Below are positions 40,179 to 50,403 of a stretch of DNA of 64,000 nucleotides, one piece after another. A program made the position numbers and the translations under genes. Origin of the DNA: an uncultured Acidobacteriota bacterium (lineage in GTDB: Bacteria > Acidobacteriota > UBA6911). Under the pieces are notes generated by a model, which was given only the letters and a program-made list of their open reading frames with translations, was not told the DNA's origin and did not search any database. The stretch covers positions 96,001-160,000 of the forward strand of contig CAWJKZ010000011.1 in NCBI GenBank assembly GCA_963843575.1, given 5' to 3'. Numbering within the stretch: position 1 is the first letter of the stretch; each line of letters starts with the position of its first letter.

Positions 40179-41328
40179 TCAGGCGCCTCGCACCTCCGCG
40201 ACCCGCACCCAGCGCCGCTCGCCGGAGGAACGCTGGGCGGCCTCCATGATCTCCTGCACCCGCAGCCCGTCCAGAAACCCGGGGGACGCGGGCCCGTCTT
40301 CGGCGACGGCCTTCAGAGAACGAATGTTGCGCCTCGACGAACGTACCGACGAATCCCGGCGCCATGGTCCAGTCGGGGACCTTCTGGCCCGCGTAGCGCC
40401 CGACGGTCTGCACCTTGCGGAAGCCGCTCAAGCCGCCCAGCGGCTGGTCGGGGTCGCGCGTGTCGAAAACGTGCAGCCAGCTCGGCTCGTCCGCCCTGAA
40501 GCGCAGCGCCCCCTTTTCGCCGTAGATCTCGACCGCGAGGTCGTTCGTGGCGCCGGTCCCCATGCGCGACACCTCCACGCTCCCGAGCGCGCCGCTCGCC
40601 ATCCTCAGCTGCAGGATCGCCAGGTCGTCCACGTCCACCTCGCCGACGTCGTGTGCGCCCGCCTGCACCGGCCGCTGCTTGATCAGCGTCTCCATCGTCG
40701 CCAGCACCGCGTCGAAATCGCCGAGCAGGCAGTACAGGAGGTCGAGCACGTGCGAACCGAGGTCGAACAGCGCCCCGCCGCCGGCGCCTTCCTTGCGCAG
40801 CCGCCAGGAGAGCGGCTTGTCGGGCTTTATGTAACTCGAACGGTAGAAGCACGCCCGAAACGAAAACACGCGGCCAAGGAAGCCCTCGGAGACGAGCTGC
40901 CGGGCGCGGGTGATCGCCGGGAAGAAACGGAAGTTGAAGCCGAGCTGCGCCTTCACCCCGGCCTGTTCCACGGCGCGGACGATCTCGCGGCCCTCGGCGA
41001 CGGTCAGGGCGAGCGGCTTCTCGCAGTAGATGTGCTTGCCCGCCGCGGCCGCGGCGGCGATCGCCTCCGCGTGCAGGGCGTTCGGCAGGCAGATGTCGAC
41101 GACGTCGACATCGTTGCGGGCGAGCAGGTCGCGGTAGTCGGCGGCCCCGACGGGGCAGCCGGCTTCGCGCGCGGCCAGTGCGGCGGCCTCGGGGCGGCGC
41201 CTGGACACGCCGACGAGCCTCACGAGGTCGGAAGGGAACCCGTAGTGAAAGGGGATGGCGCGGTAGGCGAGCGCGTGCACGCGGCCCACACCGCCGTAGC
41301 CCACGATCGCGACGCCGAGCTTCCTCAT
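40179..41328 (-). CDS. Gfo/Idh/MocA oxidoreductase (frameshift near 40315)
   Basis: GYGGVG, KHIYCEKP, GGGALFDLGSHVLD. The canonical tail FLKAV...PGFLDGLRVQEIMEAAQRS is in another frame ending at 40179. Confidence 0.85.
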
Positions 41329-42137
41329 GGCCGGTTCCCCTGGGGCTTGAGTCCGCGCTCGTCGCGCCAGCGCTCGCTCGCCTCGTCCATTACCCCCCGG
41401 AGCTTTTTCACGGCGGCCTGGATGTCCCCCGTGCCGGGGACGAGCTTTCCTTCCGGACCCTTCAGCAGCGGCGACGAGAACTCGCCGACGGTCATGCCCG
41501 CCTCGATGAATTCGGCGACGTTGCCCGCGTTGAGGCCGCCGTCTTCCATCAACTCGATCCGGCCCTCCATGCCGGCTGCCGCGATCATTTCGTGGAGCCG
41601 GCGGACGCTGGCGAGGACGATCGGGTCGATCGTGTGGGGGCTTTTCCCCGCCTGCGGCTTTACCCAGAACGGGGCGCGGCTTTCGTACTCGATGATGTCC
41701 ACGTAGGGATGGATGTACTGCTCGAAAAAAACCACCGGGCAACCCTGCCAGGCCCAAACCCCGACCTTCAGCTCGAGCTTCTCCTTGACGTACGTGATGT
41801 TCTGCATCAGGGTCTCGCCGGTGGTCTCGATCGGCAGGCTGATCAGGTCGACCCCCAGGTCGGCGAGCTGATTGAAGACGTCGAAGCTGGGACGGACCAT
41901 CTGGAGCTGCGCCTCGATCTCGAGCGACGTGCTCTTGCGCACCCCTTCGAGGATGTCGAAACCGCCGCGCGGCATGCCGAAGTCCATGTACTTGCCGTCC
42001 CGGACCTCGACGTGGAGCCAGTCGACGCCGGCCTCCTCCAGGTCGCGCACCTGCGCCCCCAGCACCGAGTAATCGGCCCAGAACAGCCCCGCCGCGATCT
42101 TCGCCCGCCGCCCAATCTTCCCTATCGTGTCGCTCAC
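41325..42137 (-). CDS. Ribulose-phosphate 3-epimerase family protein (divergent)
   Basis: AGVDWLHVEVRDGKY, IEAQLQM, MEDGGLN. Confidence 0.78.
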   Translation of the reverse strand: MSDTIGKIGRRAKIAAGLFWADYSVLGAQVRDLEEAGVDWLHVEVRDGKYMDFGMPRGGFDILEGVRKSTSLEIEAQLQMVRPSFDVFNQLADLGVDLISLPIETTGETLMQNITYVKEKLELKVGVWAWQGCPVVFFEQYIHPYVDIIEYESRAPFWVKPQAGKSPHTIDPIVLASVRRLHEMIAAAGMEGRIELMEDGGLNAGNVAEFIEAGMTVGEFSSPLLKGPEGKLVPGTGDIQAAVKKLRGVMDEASERWRDERGLKPQGNRP

Positions 42138-42144
42138 GCCGCCA

Positions 42145-42173
42145 ATTACAGCCCCCCCCTCCCCCCCTGTCAA
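42145..42173 (-). promoter_or_regulatory. Sigma70 promoter of the epimerase operon, probably leaderless
   Basis: Minus strand TTGACA (42173-42168), 17 nt, TGTAAT (42150-42145); the GTG start at 42137 lies at the expected +1. Confidence 0.65.
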
Positions 42174-42181
42174 GCAGTAAT

Positions 42182-42285
42182 GGGGACGGACCAGGACAAC
42201 CCACGCTTTTGCAGTGAATTGTAGGGAATTTCGACCCTAAAAACGGGCTTATTTCACGTTTTTGGGCCTGTTTTCTGCAAATAAG
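42182..42285 (+). repeat. Family A element
   Basis: GGGGACGGACC 42182, 55 nt, CTTAT 42248, 28 nt, ATAAG 42281. Confidence 0.9.
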
Positions 42286-42636
42286 CGGTAAGACGCGTTC
42301 CGCCTCGGACGGGGCAGATTCGGGAGGGTCGGTGCAGATGTCGCGCGGGACGAACGACCGGATCGCGAAGCCGCGTCAGCCTGACAGGAGTAAGATGAAT
42401 CCCGGTACCTGTCTACTCTATCCAATCGGCCAAGGCCATCCGGTCTTCGGATTGCAGCTCACCAGGACAGCGTTGGAGCCGCTGCTTCTGAAGACACTCA
42501 GCGCGCACCGGAATCCAGGCGATGGCGCGGCTTTGGCGGGCCGCACGGCGCAGGTATGCGGAGCGCCTCACACAAAATGGGAAATTGCCGGAGTGGTAAT
42601 ATTCCCGGAGATCTGCAGCACAGATGGAGGTCTGGT

Positions 42637-43695
42637 ATGGGTGGAACATATCGCATGTCGATTGCCGTTGCCGTCTTGATCCTCACGATAGCGCCTTCGA
42701 CCAGGTCACGAACCGCGGAAGCTCCGTATCACTTCCTTGCCAAGATCGACGTCGGCGGCGAAGGGGGGTGGGATTACGCTTCGGTTGATGCGGCCGCGCG
42801 CAGGCTCTATGTCACGCATGCGACCAAGGTCGTTGTGATCGACCTCGACAGTCACAGGGTGATCGGCGAGGTGGTCGACACTCCCGGGGTCCACGGTTTT
42901 GCGCTGGCGCCGGACCTCGGGCTGGGGTTTGCGAGCAACGGCCGGGAGAACAAGGCCAGCATCGTGGATCTAAAGACGCTCGCGACCCGGATGAAGGTCG
43001 ACACGGGGGCGAACCCCGACGCGATTCTGTACGTCCCCGGCGTGCAGGAGGTGTACACGTTCAACGGGACCGGCAAGTCCGCGACGGTATTCGAGGCAAA
43101 ATCGGGCCAAGTGATCGCCACGATTCCTCTGCCGGGGAAGCCTGAATTTGCCCAGTTGGACGTGAAGGCCGGGCGGATCTACAACAACATCGAGGACACG
43201 AACGAAGTCGTGGCGATCGACATCCGAAAGCACGAGGTGGTCGCCAGATGGCCGATCGCGCCGGGCGAAGGCGCATCCGGCATGGCCATCGACCTCGCCA
43301 ATCACCGGCTGTTCCTCGGGGCCGACAAGCTCATGGTCGTGCTGGACAGCACATCGGGCAGGGTCGTCACCACGGTTCCCATCGGTCCCGGCGTCGATGC
43401 CAATGCCTATGACCCCGCGACCAGGCTGGTCTTCGCCTCCTGCGGCGGCGACGGCACCGTGACCGTCGCTCGCGAGGACGGCCCGGACAAGCTGACGGTC
43501 GTCCAGGTGCTTCAGACCGCGAGGGGCGCCCGCACCATGACGCTCGACCCCAAAACGCACAATATCTACCTTGCGGCGGTCGACTACGAAGCTCCCGCCG
43601 CGCCGGCGGCCCAGCCCGCTCCAGGTCAGAGGCCCCGGCCGAAGCCGGTGCCGAATTCCTTCAAGGTCCTCGTCTATGGAACCGAGGCGCAGTAA
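42637..43695 (+). CDS. YncE/YVTN family beta-propeller protein
   Basis: GGEGGWDY, RRLYVTH, TPGVHG, NPDAILY, GARTMTLDPKTH; signal peptide. Confidence 0.88.
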   Translation: MGGTYRMSIAVAVLILTIAPSTRSRTAEAPYHFLAKIDVGGEGGWDYASVDAAARRLYVTHATKVVVIDLDSHRVIGEVVDTPGVHGFALAPDLGLGFASNGRENKASIVDLKTLATRMKVDTGANPDAILYVPGVQEVYTFNGTGKSATVFEAKSGQVIATIPLPGKPEFAQLDVKAGRIYNNIEDTNEVVAIDIRKHEVVARWPIAPGEGASGMAIDLANHRLFLGADKLMVVLDSTSGRVVTTVPIGPGVDANAYDPATRLVFASCGGDGTVTVAREDGPDKLTVVQVLQTARGARTMTLDPKTHNIYLAAVDYEAPAAPAAQPAPGQRPRPKPVPNSFKVLVYGTEAQ

Positions 43696-43751
43696 GAGAG
43701 ACCGGGGGAAGTACTCGAAGCGGAGTCCCTGCCTTTCTTGAAGAGGTCAGG

Positions 43752-44768
43752 ATGAACGGATTCCAGCGAATCCGGGCTGCACTGCGCGGTGAGGCGCCGG
43801 ACTGCACGCCTGTGATGCTGCACAGCTTCATGCTTGCCGCCGCGGAATCCGGCATTCCGATGTGGCGCTATCGACGGGACCCGGCGGAGATCGTCCGCTG
43901 CCTGATCGAATTTGTGGAGCGGTACGGCACCGACGGGGTATTGCTCGACATCGACACCGCAACGCTCGCGGGCGCACTCGGGATCCCGGTCGAGTACCCC
44001 GACGACCAGCCGGCTGTCTGCCGGCGGCCGAAACTGGCCGATGTGTCCGAGGTCGACCGGTTGGAACCGGTCGATGTCCTCGCCTTTCCGGGCGTGCAGG
44101 TGTGGCTCGAGGCGGCGAGGCTGTTGAGCCGCTACTTTCGGGGCGAAATATACGTGCGCGCGAACTGCGACCAGTGCCCGTTCTCTCTTGCCTCCATGAT
44201 GTGCGGCTCGGAACCCTGGATGCTTGCGTTGGTCGACCCGTCCAGGCACGTGCACGTGCGCCGCCTGCTCGCGTACTGCACTCGGGCAACGGTCCAGTTT
44301 GTCCGGCTCATGTCCCAAACGGGTGCCGACATGCTCTCCAACGGCGATAGCCCCGCGGGCCCCGAACTGATCTCTCCGCGATTGTACCGGGAATTCGCGC
44401 TGCCGTACGAAACGCAGGTCGCAGCCGCGGCCCACGAGACGGGGCTGCCGTACGCCCTTCACATATGCGGATCGACCGAGCAGATCCTGCAGGACATGGT
44501 CTCGACCGGCGCCGAGGCGCTCGAACTGGATTACCGGACCGACTGCCGCATGGCCTGCTCCCTTCTGAAGGGAAGGGCTGCCTTCATCGGGAACATCGAC
44601 CCCACGGGCGTCCTGGCCTTGGGTGATCCGCGGCTGGTCGAGGCGAAGACGCGCGAGCTGGTTGCTGCCTTCGAAGGCAATCCCCGCTTCATCCTGAACG
44701 CGGGCTGCGCAATCCCCCCCTCGACTCCACCCGCCAATGTGCGGGCCCTGATCCGGGGACGGACCTAG
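43752..44768 (+). CDS. Uroporphyrinogen decarboxylase/MtaA-CmuA methyltransferase family protein
   Basis: ISPRLYREFALPY, LHICG, GNIDP, FILNAGCAIP..TP..N. Confidence 0.85.
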   Translation: MNGFQRIRAALRGEAPDCTPVMLHSFMLAAAESGIPMWRYRRDPAEIVRCLIEFVERYGTDGVLLDIDTATLAGALGIPVEYPDDQPAVCRRPKLADVSEVDRLEPVDVLAFPGVQVWLEAARLLSRYFRGEIYVRANCDQCPFSLASMMCGSEPWMLALVDPSRHVHVRRLLAYCTRATVQFVRLMSQTGADMLSNGDSPAGPELISPRLYREFALPYETQVAAAAHETGLPYALHICGSTEQILQDMVSTGAEALELDYRTDCRMACSLLKGRAAFIGNIDPTGVLALGDPRLVEAKTRELVAAFEGNPRFILNAGCAIPPSTPPANVRALIRGRT

Positions 44769-44775
44769 AAAAGAA

Positions 44776-44846
44776 GGACGCAGATGAACGCGGAGAAACG
44801 CGGATCAGCACTGACGATTCGCTCTGCCAGCGTTTGTCCGCGTCCC
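44776..44846. repeat. Family B repeat (degenerate hairpin), preceded by a bare family A core at 44755-44765
   Basis: GGACGCAGATGAACGCGGAGAAACGCGGAT...GTCCGCGTCC. Confidence 0.7.
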
Positions 44847-44923
44847 ACTACGCTTGCGGTTGATTGGGAACGTCATCAGGCTCTAGTATGAGCCGGGATC
44901 AAACACGTATTGAGGAGGGGCGT

Positions 44924-46174
44924 ATGACGGGCCTTGATTTGACCGGTGAACACCTCCAGGTGACGCGGCGCCATTTTTTCCAGCTTGGGGGCGCAGCAGT
45001 GGCAGCCTGGAACGTCTCCGGGCTCGCCGCCGGCCAAGCCGCCATTGATCCTCAACTGGAGGAGGCCGTTGCCAAACTGCAGTACCTGACTCCGCCCGAC
45101 CGGGTTGGCACCATCCTGGACAAAGGGAAGGCAGGCGTGGCGAAACTTCCGCCGGAGAGGCTTCATGAAATCGGGCTGGTCCCGGAAACCTGGTCACTTG
45201 ACGTCGTCGGCGACCCCACGAGCAACTGCGTCGTGGAGCAGCCCCTCTCGCGTGCACTCGGCAACGCCCTGGACTGGAAGGGCCTGATGAGGTTGGCCGA
45301 TAAGCATGCGACCCGCTTCATGCAGGTCTGCTCGTGCACAAACGGCGCCGATCCTTTTCACATGAGCCTTTGGGAAGGGGTCCCGCTCCGTGAAGTCATC
45401 TGGCTAGTCCGTCCCAAAGACAATGTCCGACGGGTCTATTATCAAAGCTATCACCCCGAGAACCTGCCCCCGTTTCAAAGCTCTCTGCCGCTGGGTCAGA
45501 TTCTGGAAAACCCGCCAGGGCAGATGCCGGTCATTCTTGCCTACAAGCGGAATGAGCAGGTTATCCCCGCCTCTCATGGCGGCCCCGTTCGGATGATCGT
45601 TCCGGGTGCGTACGGCAGCAAGTGCATTAAATGGGTTCAGCGCGTTGTCCTGACCAACGAATTCAAGGCGAACGATTCAGACGCGGATCTGAACAACGAC
45701 CCGGAAAACGCGCTGAAGACAAGGGCCAGGTTTGTCAATGCTCCGAAGGAGGCCGCGTCCGGAACGCCCTTTGCCTTGACCGGCATGGCGCAGGTCGGCG
45801 TTTCGGGTCTCAGCAAGGTTCAGTTCTGCGTGCATTCTCAGCAGGGCCCATGGCCGGCCGATGACCCGTATCGCGCCAAGGCGGACTGGAAGGACTGCAC
45901 CATCCTGCCGCCCCCCAACAACTGGGGAGGAGGGCTTCCGCAGGGGAAACTGCCCGCCACAGCCCAGACCGATCCGACGACCGGCAAGCCTTTCCAATGG
46001 CCCATGCGGTACGCGATCGTCCACTGGGCGAAATTGGTCGCCGGCCTGGCTCCCGGCACATACGAACTGTGCTGCCGCACGATCGACGATAACGGCATCG
46101 CGCAGCCGATGCCCCGTACGTTACCGAGGACAGGCTTCAACGAGATTCAGCGTGCCTCGCTTGTCGTGAAGTGA
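44924..46174 (+). CDS. Molybdopterin-dependent oxidoreductase (sulfite oxidase family) with Tat signal
   Basis: TRRHFF; WEGVPLR, LAYKRN, HGGPVRMIVPGAYGSKCIKW, YELCCRTID..G..QP. Confidence 0.85.
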   Translation: MTGLDLTGEHLQVTRRHFFQLGGAAVAAWNVSGLAAGQAAIDPQLEEAVAKLQYLTPPDRVGTILDKGKAGVAKLPPERLHEIGLVPETWSLDVVGDPTSNCVVEQPLSRALGNALDWKGLMRLADKHATRFMQVCSCTNGADPFHMSLWEGVPLREVIWLVRPKDNVRRVYYQSYHPENLPPFQSSLPLGQILENPPGQMPVILAYKRNEQVIPASHGGPVRMIVPGAYGSKCIKWVQRVVLTNEFKANDSDADLNNDPENALKTRARFVNAPKEAASGTPFALTGMAQVGVSGLSKVQFCVHSQQGPWPADDPYRAKADWKDCTILPPPNNWGGGLPQGKLPATAQTDPTTGKPFQWPMRYAIVHWAKLVAGLAPGTYELCCRTIDDNGIAQPMPRTLPRTGFNEIQRASLVVK

Positions 46175-46210
46175 TTGAACCCACTGTAAACCGCCCTCCA
46201 GCGCGGTCGT

Positions 46211-46315
46211 GGGGACGGACCACGGCAAGCCATTATCTCACTATCAATTAGCAGATTTCAGGACCAGGAAACAGGCCTTATTTCGTGTTTTTGGGGGCGG
46301 TTTTCTTGAGATAAC
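46211..46315 (+). repeat. Family A element
   Basis: GGGGACGGACC 46211, 55 nt, CTTAT 46277, 29 nt, ATAAC 46311. Confidence 0.85.
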
Positions 46316-46364
46316 GGCGGGGGACATGTCTGTCGCGGCCATGCTGATGAGCGGAACGCCGCCG

Positions 46365-46570
46365 GCAGTGCTGCGCAAAGGCCCGCCCTCGCCGCTCGTG
46401 GAAGAGAGCGACGAGGAGAAGAACCCAGCGACAGAGATCTAGCCCAAGGGCGGGCGGCCCGGACCGGGAAACGCCGAATCGGTGATCATTGACTTCGAAG
46501 GCGTGCAGAACCGCATCGTGGCCGTTTCCATTCCGTCCGGCGATCACTCGAACCTGCGCGCGGCTGCTTC
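46365..46570 (+). pseudogene. Internal fragment of a tricorn-like (S41) protease
   Basis: VLRKGPPSPLVEESDEEK...*...VIIDFEGVQNRIVAVSIPSGDHSNLRA in one frame with a stop at 46440; resembles the tricorn SP...SDEE...IDF.GI..RI linker. Confidence 0.55.
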
Positions 46571-46692
46571 CGCAACCCTTGCCTTGGTTTTGCTTTTACC
46601 TTTTTTTCTTATCTTCCGTTGCTTTTTCTGGCCTATGCTGGGGGACATCAGCCTTCACAATCCTGATATTTGTCATCAAACGGGAGACCGCA

Positions 46693-48159
46693 ATGCAGAG
46701 AGAGGACACCAGCAATTCAGAAAGAAACACGACGACGCGCCGACGTTTTCTCACCCAGACCGCGGCAGCACTGGCGGGCGCTTCCACGCTGACGGGTCTC
46801 GAGGCGGCGGGGAAGCAGGCGACCAGAGCGGTAGGAAGGGTGTTGGGGGCCAACGACCGCATCAATCTGGCATTTATCGGAAACGGGATGCAGTGGCAGG
46901 GGCTGCTTCGGGGGTTCCAGGCACGCAAGGACCGGCAGGGAGACATCGAGTTCGTGGCTTGTTGCGACGTCTGGGAGCCGCGGCTGAAGAATGCCCAGGA
47001 AAAGACCAAGGCGGAGAAGACCTATCGCGATTACCGCGAGGTACTGCAGCGGCCGGACATCGACGGCGTCGTGGTGGCCGTGCCCGATCACTGGCACTTT
47101 GCGATCGCCAGGGACGCATGCCTGGCAGGCAAGGACGTCTACCTCGAGAAACCCATGGTCCGCACCATCGAGCAGGGCGCCCAGCTCAACGAAATCGTCA
47201 ACCAGACCAAGCGCATCCTCCAGGTGGGCGGCTCCGGTCCTGCAAGCGGGTTGAACTGGAAGATCAACGAATACATCAAGGCCGGCAGAATGGGCAAGAT
47301 CCTGTGGGGCCTGATCAGCTACAACCGGAACACGGACGCCGGCATGTGGGATTACCCGATCCCCGGGATCGGTGAAACGCCTTGGCCGGACGCCGATTTC
47401 AGCGCCAAGAGCTGCGACTGGAACATGTGGCTCGGTTCGACGCGCAAGCGGTCGCTCAGCGCGGAGCGTTACTTCCGTTGGAGGAAGTACTGGGACTACG
47501 CGACCGGCAACGCGGGCGACCTTCTCTACCATCAACTTGGCACCATGTCGACGATGATAGGGTTCGATTTCCCGACTCAGGTCGTGGGCGCAGGCGGCAT
47601 TTTCATCCAGAAGGACCGCGAGGTCCCCGACACCTACATGACCATGGTCGAGTACCCCGGCGAGTACTGCGTGAACATGATTTCCTGCATGGGGAACGCC
47701 GACTCCGTGCCGATCACGGTTTATGGGAACTGGGCCACGTTGCGGCTCGGCGGCCCGGGCGCCGCCGCGGGACAGGGCCAGGGGGCCATGGGAGATCAGG
47801 CCCGCGGCGCAGATCAGGCCGGGGCCGGACGATCCGGGGGCGCCCGCCCACGCGCGGTCGCCAGCGTCACCGCGCAACCGCAGTTCCTCAACAAGTTCAA
47901 AGAGGCCAACGACGGAAAAACCGAGGTGACCATCGAGGCCCCCGCGCAGAGCGAAAGCCTCGGAGAGAACTGGCTCAACTGCATGCGTTCCCGGCAAAGC
48001 CCTGTGTACGACGTGTTGAGGGGCTACCAGGTGCTGGTCGCGATCATGCTGGGCGTGGATTCCTACCGGGAGGGGAAGGCGCTGGCCTTCGACCCCGTCG
48101 GCCGCAAGGTGCTGCCCAAGCCGCCGGCCAGGAAGATGTACCCGCCCGCCGAAACATAA
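46693..48159 (+). CDS. Tat-exported Gfo/Idh/MocA oxidoreductase
   Basis: TRRRFL, GANDRINLAFIG, PDHWH, KDVYLEKP, FRWRKYWDY. Confidence 0.9.
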   Translation: MQREDTSNSERNTTTRRRFLTQTAAALAGASTLTGLEAAGKQATRAVGRVLGANDRINLAFIGNGMQWQGLLRGFQARKDRQGDIEFVACCDVWEPRLKNAQEKTKAEKTYRDYREVLQRPDIDGVVVAVPDHWHFAIARDACLAGKDVYLEKPMVRTIEQGAQLNEIVNQTKRILQVGGSGPASGLNWKINEYIKAGRMGKILWGLISYNRNTDAGMWDYPIPGIGETPWPDADFSAKSCDWNMWLGSTRKRSLSAERYFRWRKYWDYATGNAGDLLYHQLGTMSTMIGFDFPTQVVGAGGIFIQKDREVPDTYMTMVEYPGEYCVNMISCMGNADSVPITVYGNWATLRLGGPGAAAGQGQGAMGDQARGADQAGAGRSGGARPRAVASVTAQPQFLNKFKEANDGKTEVTIEAPAQSESLGENWLNCMRSRQSPVYDVLRGYQVLVAIMLGVDSYREGKALAFDPVGRKVLPKPPARKMYPPAET

Positions 48160-48349
48160 GGTCCGCGAGGGAAGACTCACCGCCCCGATGCAGAGGCCGC
48201 CGAGATCTGGTTCCTCTCTCGGCGGCCCGTGCGCGACGTTCGGCGCGGTCGTTCTGGACCGGCGCAAGGGCAGGAGCGGCTGGTAAGCCGGCGCCGCCGC
48301 GCGGCCGACGACCCACACAACGAGGACGAGGAAAGCAAGGAGCACGACT

Positions 48350-49186
48350 ATGATTGACAGGCAGCGCTTCAGCCTGAACCGGATCATTTCGCCATCGCTG
48401 ACCTTGGGAGAGTTCCTCGAACTCACGGCCCGCTTGGGTCTGAGCAAGGTGGAGCTCAGGAACGATCTTGATGCCCGCGACCCCGTGGACGACATGAAAC
48501 CTGCCGCCTTCGCCCGTATGGCGGCGGATCACGGTGTCGGAGTCATTTCCATCAACGCGTTGCAGAAGTTCAACCTCGCGGCAGCTCGGGCCAAGGCCTC
48601 CGACGAGCTCAAGAGGCTGCTCGACCTTTCCGCCGCGATCGGCTGCAAGGCCGTGGTTCTGTGCCCGAACAATGATGCGGCGGATGCCCGAAGCCACGCA
48701 CGGCGGATCGGGGAAACGATCGACGCCCTTGCAGCTTTCGGCCCTCTGTTCCGATCCGCCGGCATCCTCGGGTACGTGGAGCCCCTGGGATTCGCGATCT
48801 CCTCGCTCGCTTCCCTCGTCGTTGCACAGGACGCGATCCGGGAATCCGGCCAATCCTGCTTCAAGGTCGTGCACGACACATTTCATCACTTCATCGGGCC
48901 TGACGACCAAAGCGTCCTGGGCACGACGTACGGCATCTCCATGACGGGTCTCGTTCACGTCTCGGGCGTCGAGGCGAACATCCCCAGAGACGCCTGCCGG
49001 GACGAGCACAGGGTGCTCGTCGGGCCCGCCGATACGATGAAGAGCAAGGAACAGATCCTTCACTTGGAAAAGCTCGGCTATGCCGGCGACTATTCGTTCG
49101 AACCCTTCTCGCCCGAAATCCAGAAACTCGGGAAGAGCGAATTGGCCGCTGCCTTGCGGCAGAGCCTCGACTACCTCCTCGCCTGA
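48350..49186 (+). CDS. Sugar phosphate isomerase/epimerase, xylose-isomerase-like TIM barrel
   Basis: VELRND, SINAL..FN, VEPLGF, DTFHH, VHVSG, SFEPFS. Confidence 0.85.
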   Translation: MIDRQRFSLNRIISPSLTLGEFLELTARLGLSKVELRNDLDARDPVDDMKPAAFARMAADHGVGVISINALQKFNLAAARAKASDELKRLLDLSAAIGCKAVVLCPNNDAADARSHARRIGETIDALAAFGPLFRSAGILGYVEPLGFAISSLASLVVAQDAIRESGQSCFKVVHDTFHHFIGPDDQSVLGTTYGISMTGLVHVSGVEANIPRDACRDEHRVLVGPADTMKSKEQILHLEKLGYAGDYSFEPFSPEIQKLGKSELAAALRQSLDYLLA

Positions 49187-49243
49187 CAGGGCTGCCCTGG
49201 GTGGTCAGGGCTCGCGCAAGAATAAATGAAAAACAAATGCCAA

Positions 49244-49415
49244 ACAGAACGCAGATTCCTCGGATCCAACGGATTCACGCGGATCGACCGCGTCCTGTCG
49301 CCAGGTCGATCTGTGGGGATCCGCGCGCATCCGCGTCCTGAAAAATACGTTGGCGTGGTCACGCGGATGTACGCAGATCCGCGCCAATCCGTGAACCCGT
49401 CAAATCCGCGTTCTG
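49244..49415. repeat. Family B repeat (composite) between convergent genes
   Basis: One full copy plus additional ACGCGGAT/ATCCGCG arms. Confidence 0.88.
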
Positions 49416-49424
49416 CTCATTCGG

Positions 49425-50294
49425 CTAATTGATGCCGGGTGCCTTTGCCGCGACGACAGGGATGGCGGTGAACAGGCCACGGTCCTGCAGCAGGGCGACC
49501 ACGGCGAACGTCCCGCTGCCTTGGGCAATGAGCACCATCGACCCTTTGAACTGCAGGTTGGCATTGTTCAGGTCCTGGTACAGGAATCGTGCGACGTGAG
49601 CTCCGGGAGCAAGCGGGTTGAGCAGCGGCGGATTCAGGGTCTGGGACGGGCTTCCGTCGGGATTGACAACGACGATCCTGATGTTGACATTCTGATTCCC
49701 GGAATTGGCGATCGCGTAGCCCGTGAAGCGATTGGCAGCGCTGTCGTCGTCAACGGGTATGGTTGCCACGGAGACGGGCTGAGAGGCGAGGACGCCGGCG
49801 ACCGTGGCCAAACTCGATCCGCTGCTCAGCCGGAAAGTGCCAACCCCGTTGGGCGAGCCGCCCGAGCTCATGATGCTGGCCCAGCCGGCCTTCGTCGAGT
49901 CGTTTGGGGTAACCGGATCGGCGGTGATGATCTGGGCACCCCCGGCCGGCACGTTGACAGCGGCGGAGGCCGCCACTGCGGGCTGGTTCTGGACTGACCC
50001 GGCGGAAGATAGCGAGGCGTTGAGGGGCCGCCCGTCGTCGGCGACCAGGAAAAGATCACCCGCCAGCGCGTCACTGCCCGTGTTCAGGATAGTGAACGTG
50101 GTGTTAAACCCGCCGCCAATGGCAATCTGTGCGAACAGGGCCGTGGTCGTCGCCGCGCCAACCGGACCCGGATCGACGAGGTTCATCCTGATCGTCGGCA
50201 CCCCCTGACCGGGTGCCGCTGAGGCGGTATTCACTGTCAGGAAGACAAGAAAACAGAATACGGCGACAACGCTCCAGCGCGATTGAATTTGCAT
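49425..50294 (-). CDS. Hypothetical secreted beta-rich protein
   Basis: Signal peptide; FAQIAIGGGFNTTF, TGYAIAN; no catalytic motif recognised. Confidence 0.72.
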   Translation of the reverse strand: MQIQSRWSVVAVFCFLVFLTVNTASAAPGQGVPTIRMNLVDPGPVGAATTTALFAQIAIGGGFNTTFTILNTGSDALAGDLFLVADDGRPLNASLSSAGSVQNQPAVAASAAVNVPAGGAQIITADPVTPNDSTKAGWASIMSSGGSPNGVGTFRLSSGSSLATVAGVLASQPVSVATIPVDDDSAANRFTGYAIANSGNQNVNIRIVVVNPDGSPSQTLNPPLLNPLAPGAHVARFLYQDLNNANLQFKGSMVLIAQGSGTFAVVALLQDRGLFTAIPVVAAKAPGIN

Positions 50295-50403
50295 AGGGCC
50301 CACCCGAGAAGCTGAGAAGTTAACCGGGGACACCCACCAAACCCCGGCCATTTTTTAAATGCTACTACGGCCAAGGCCAGGGTTCAATACCATCACCGCC
50401 GGA

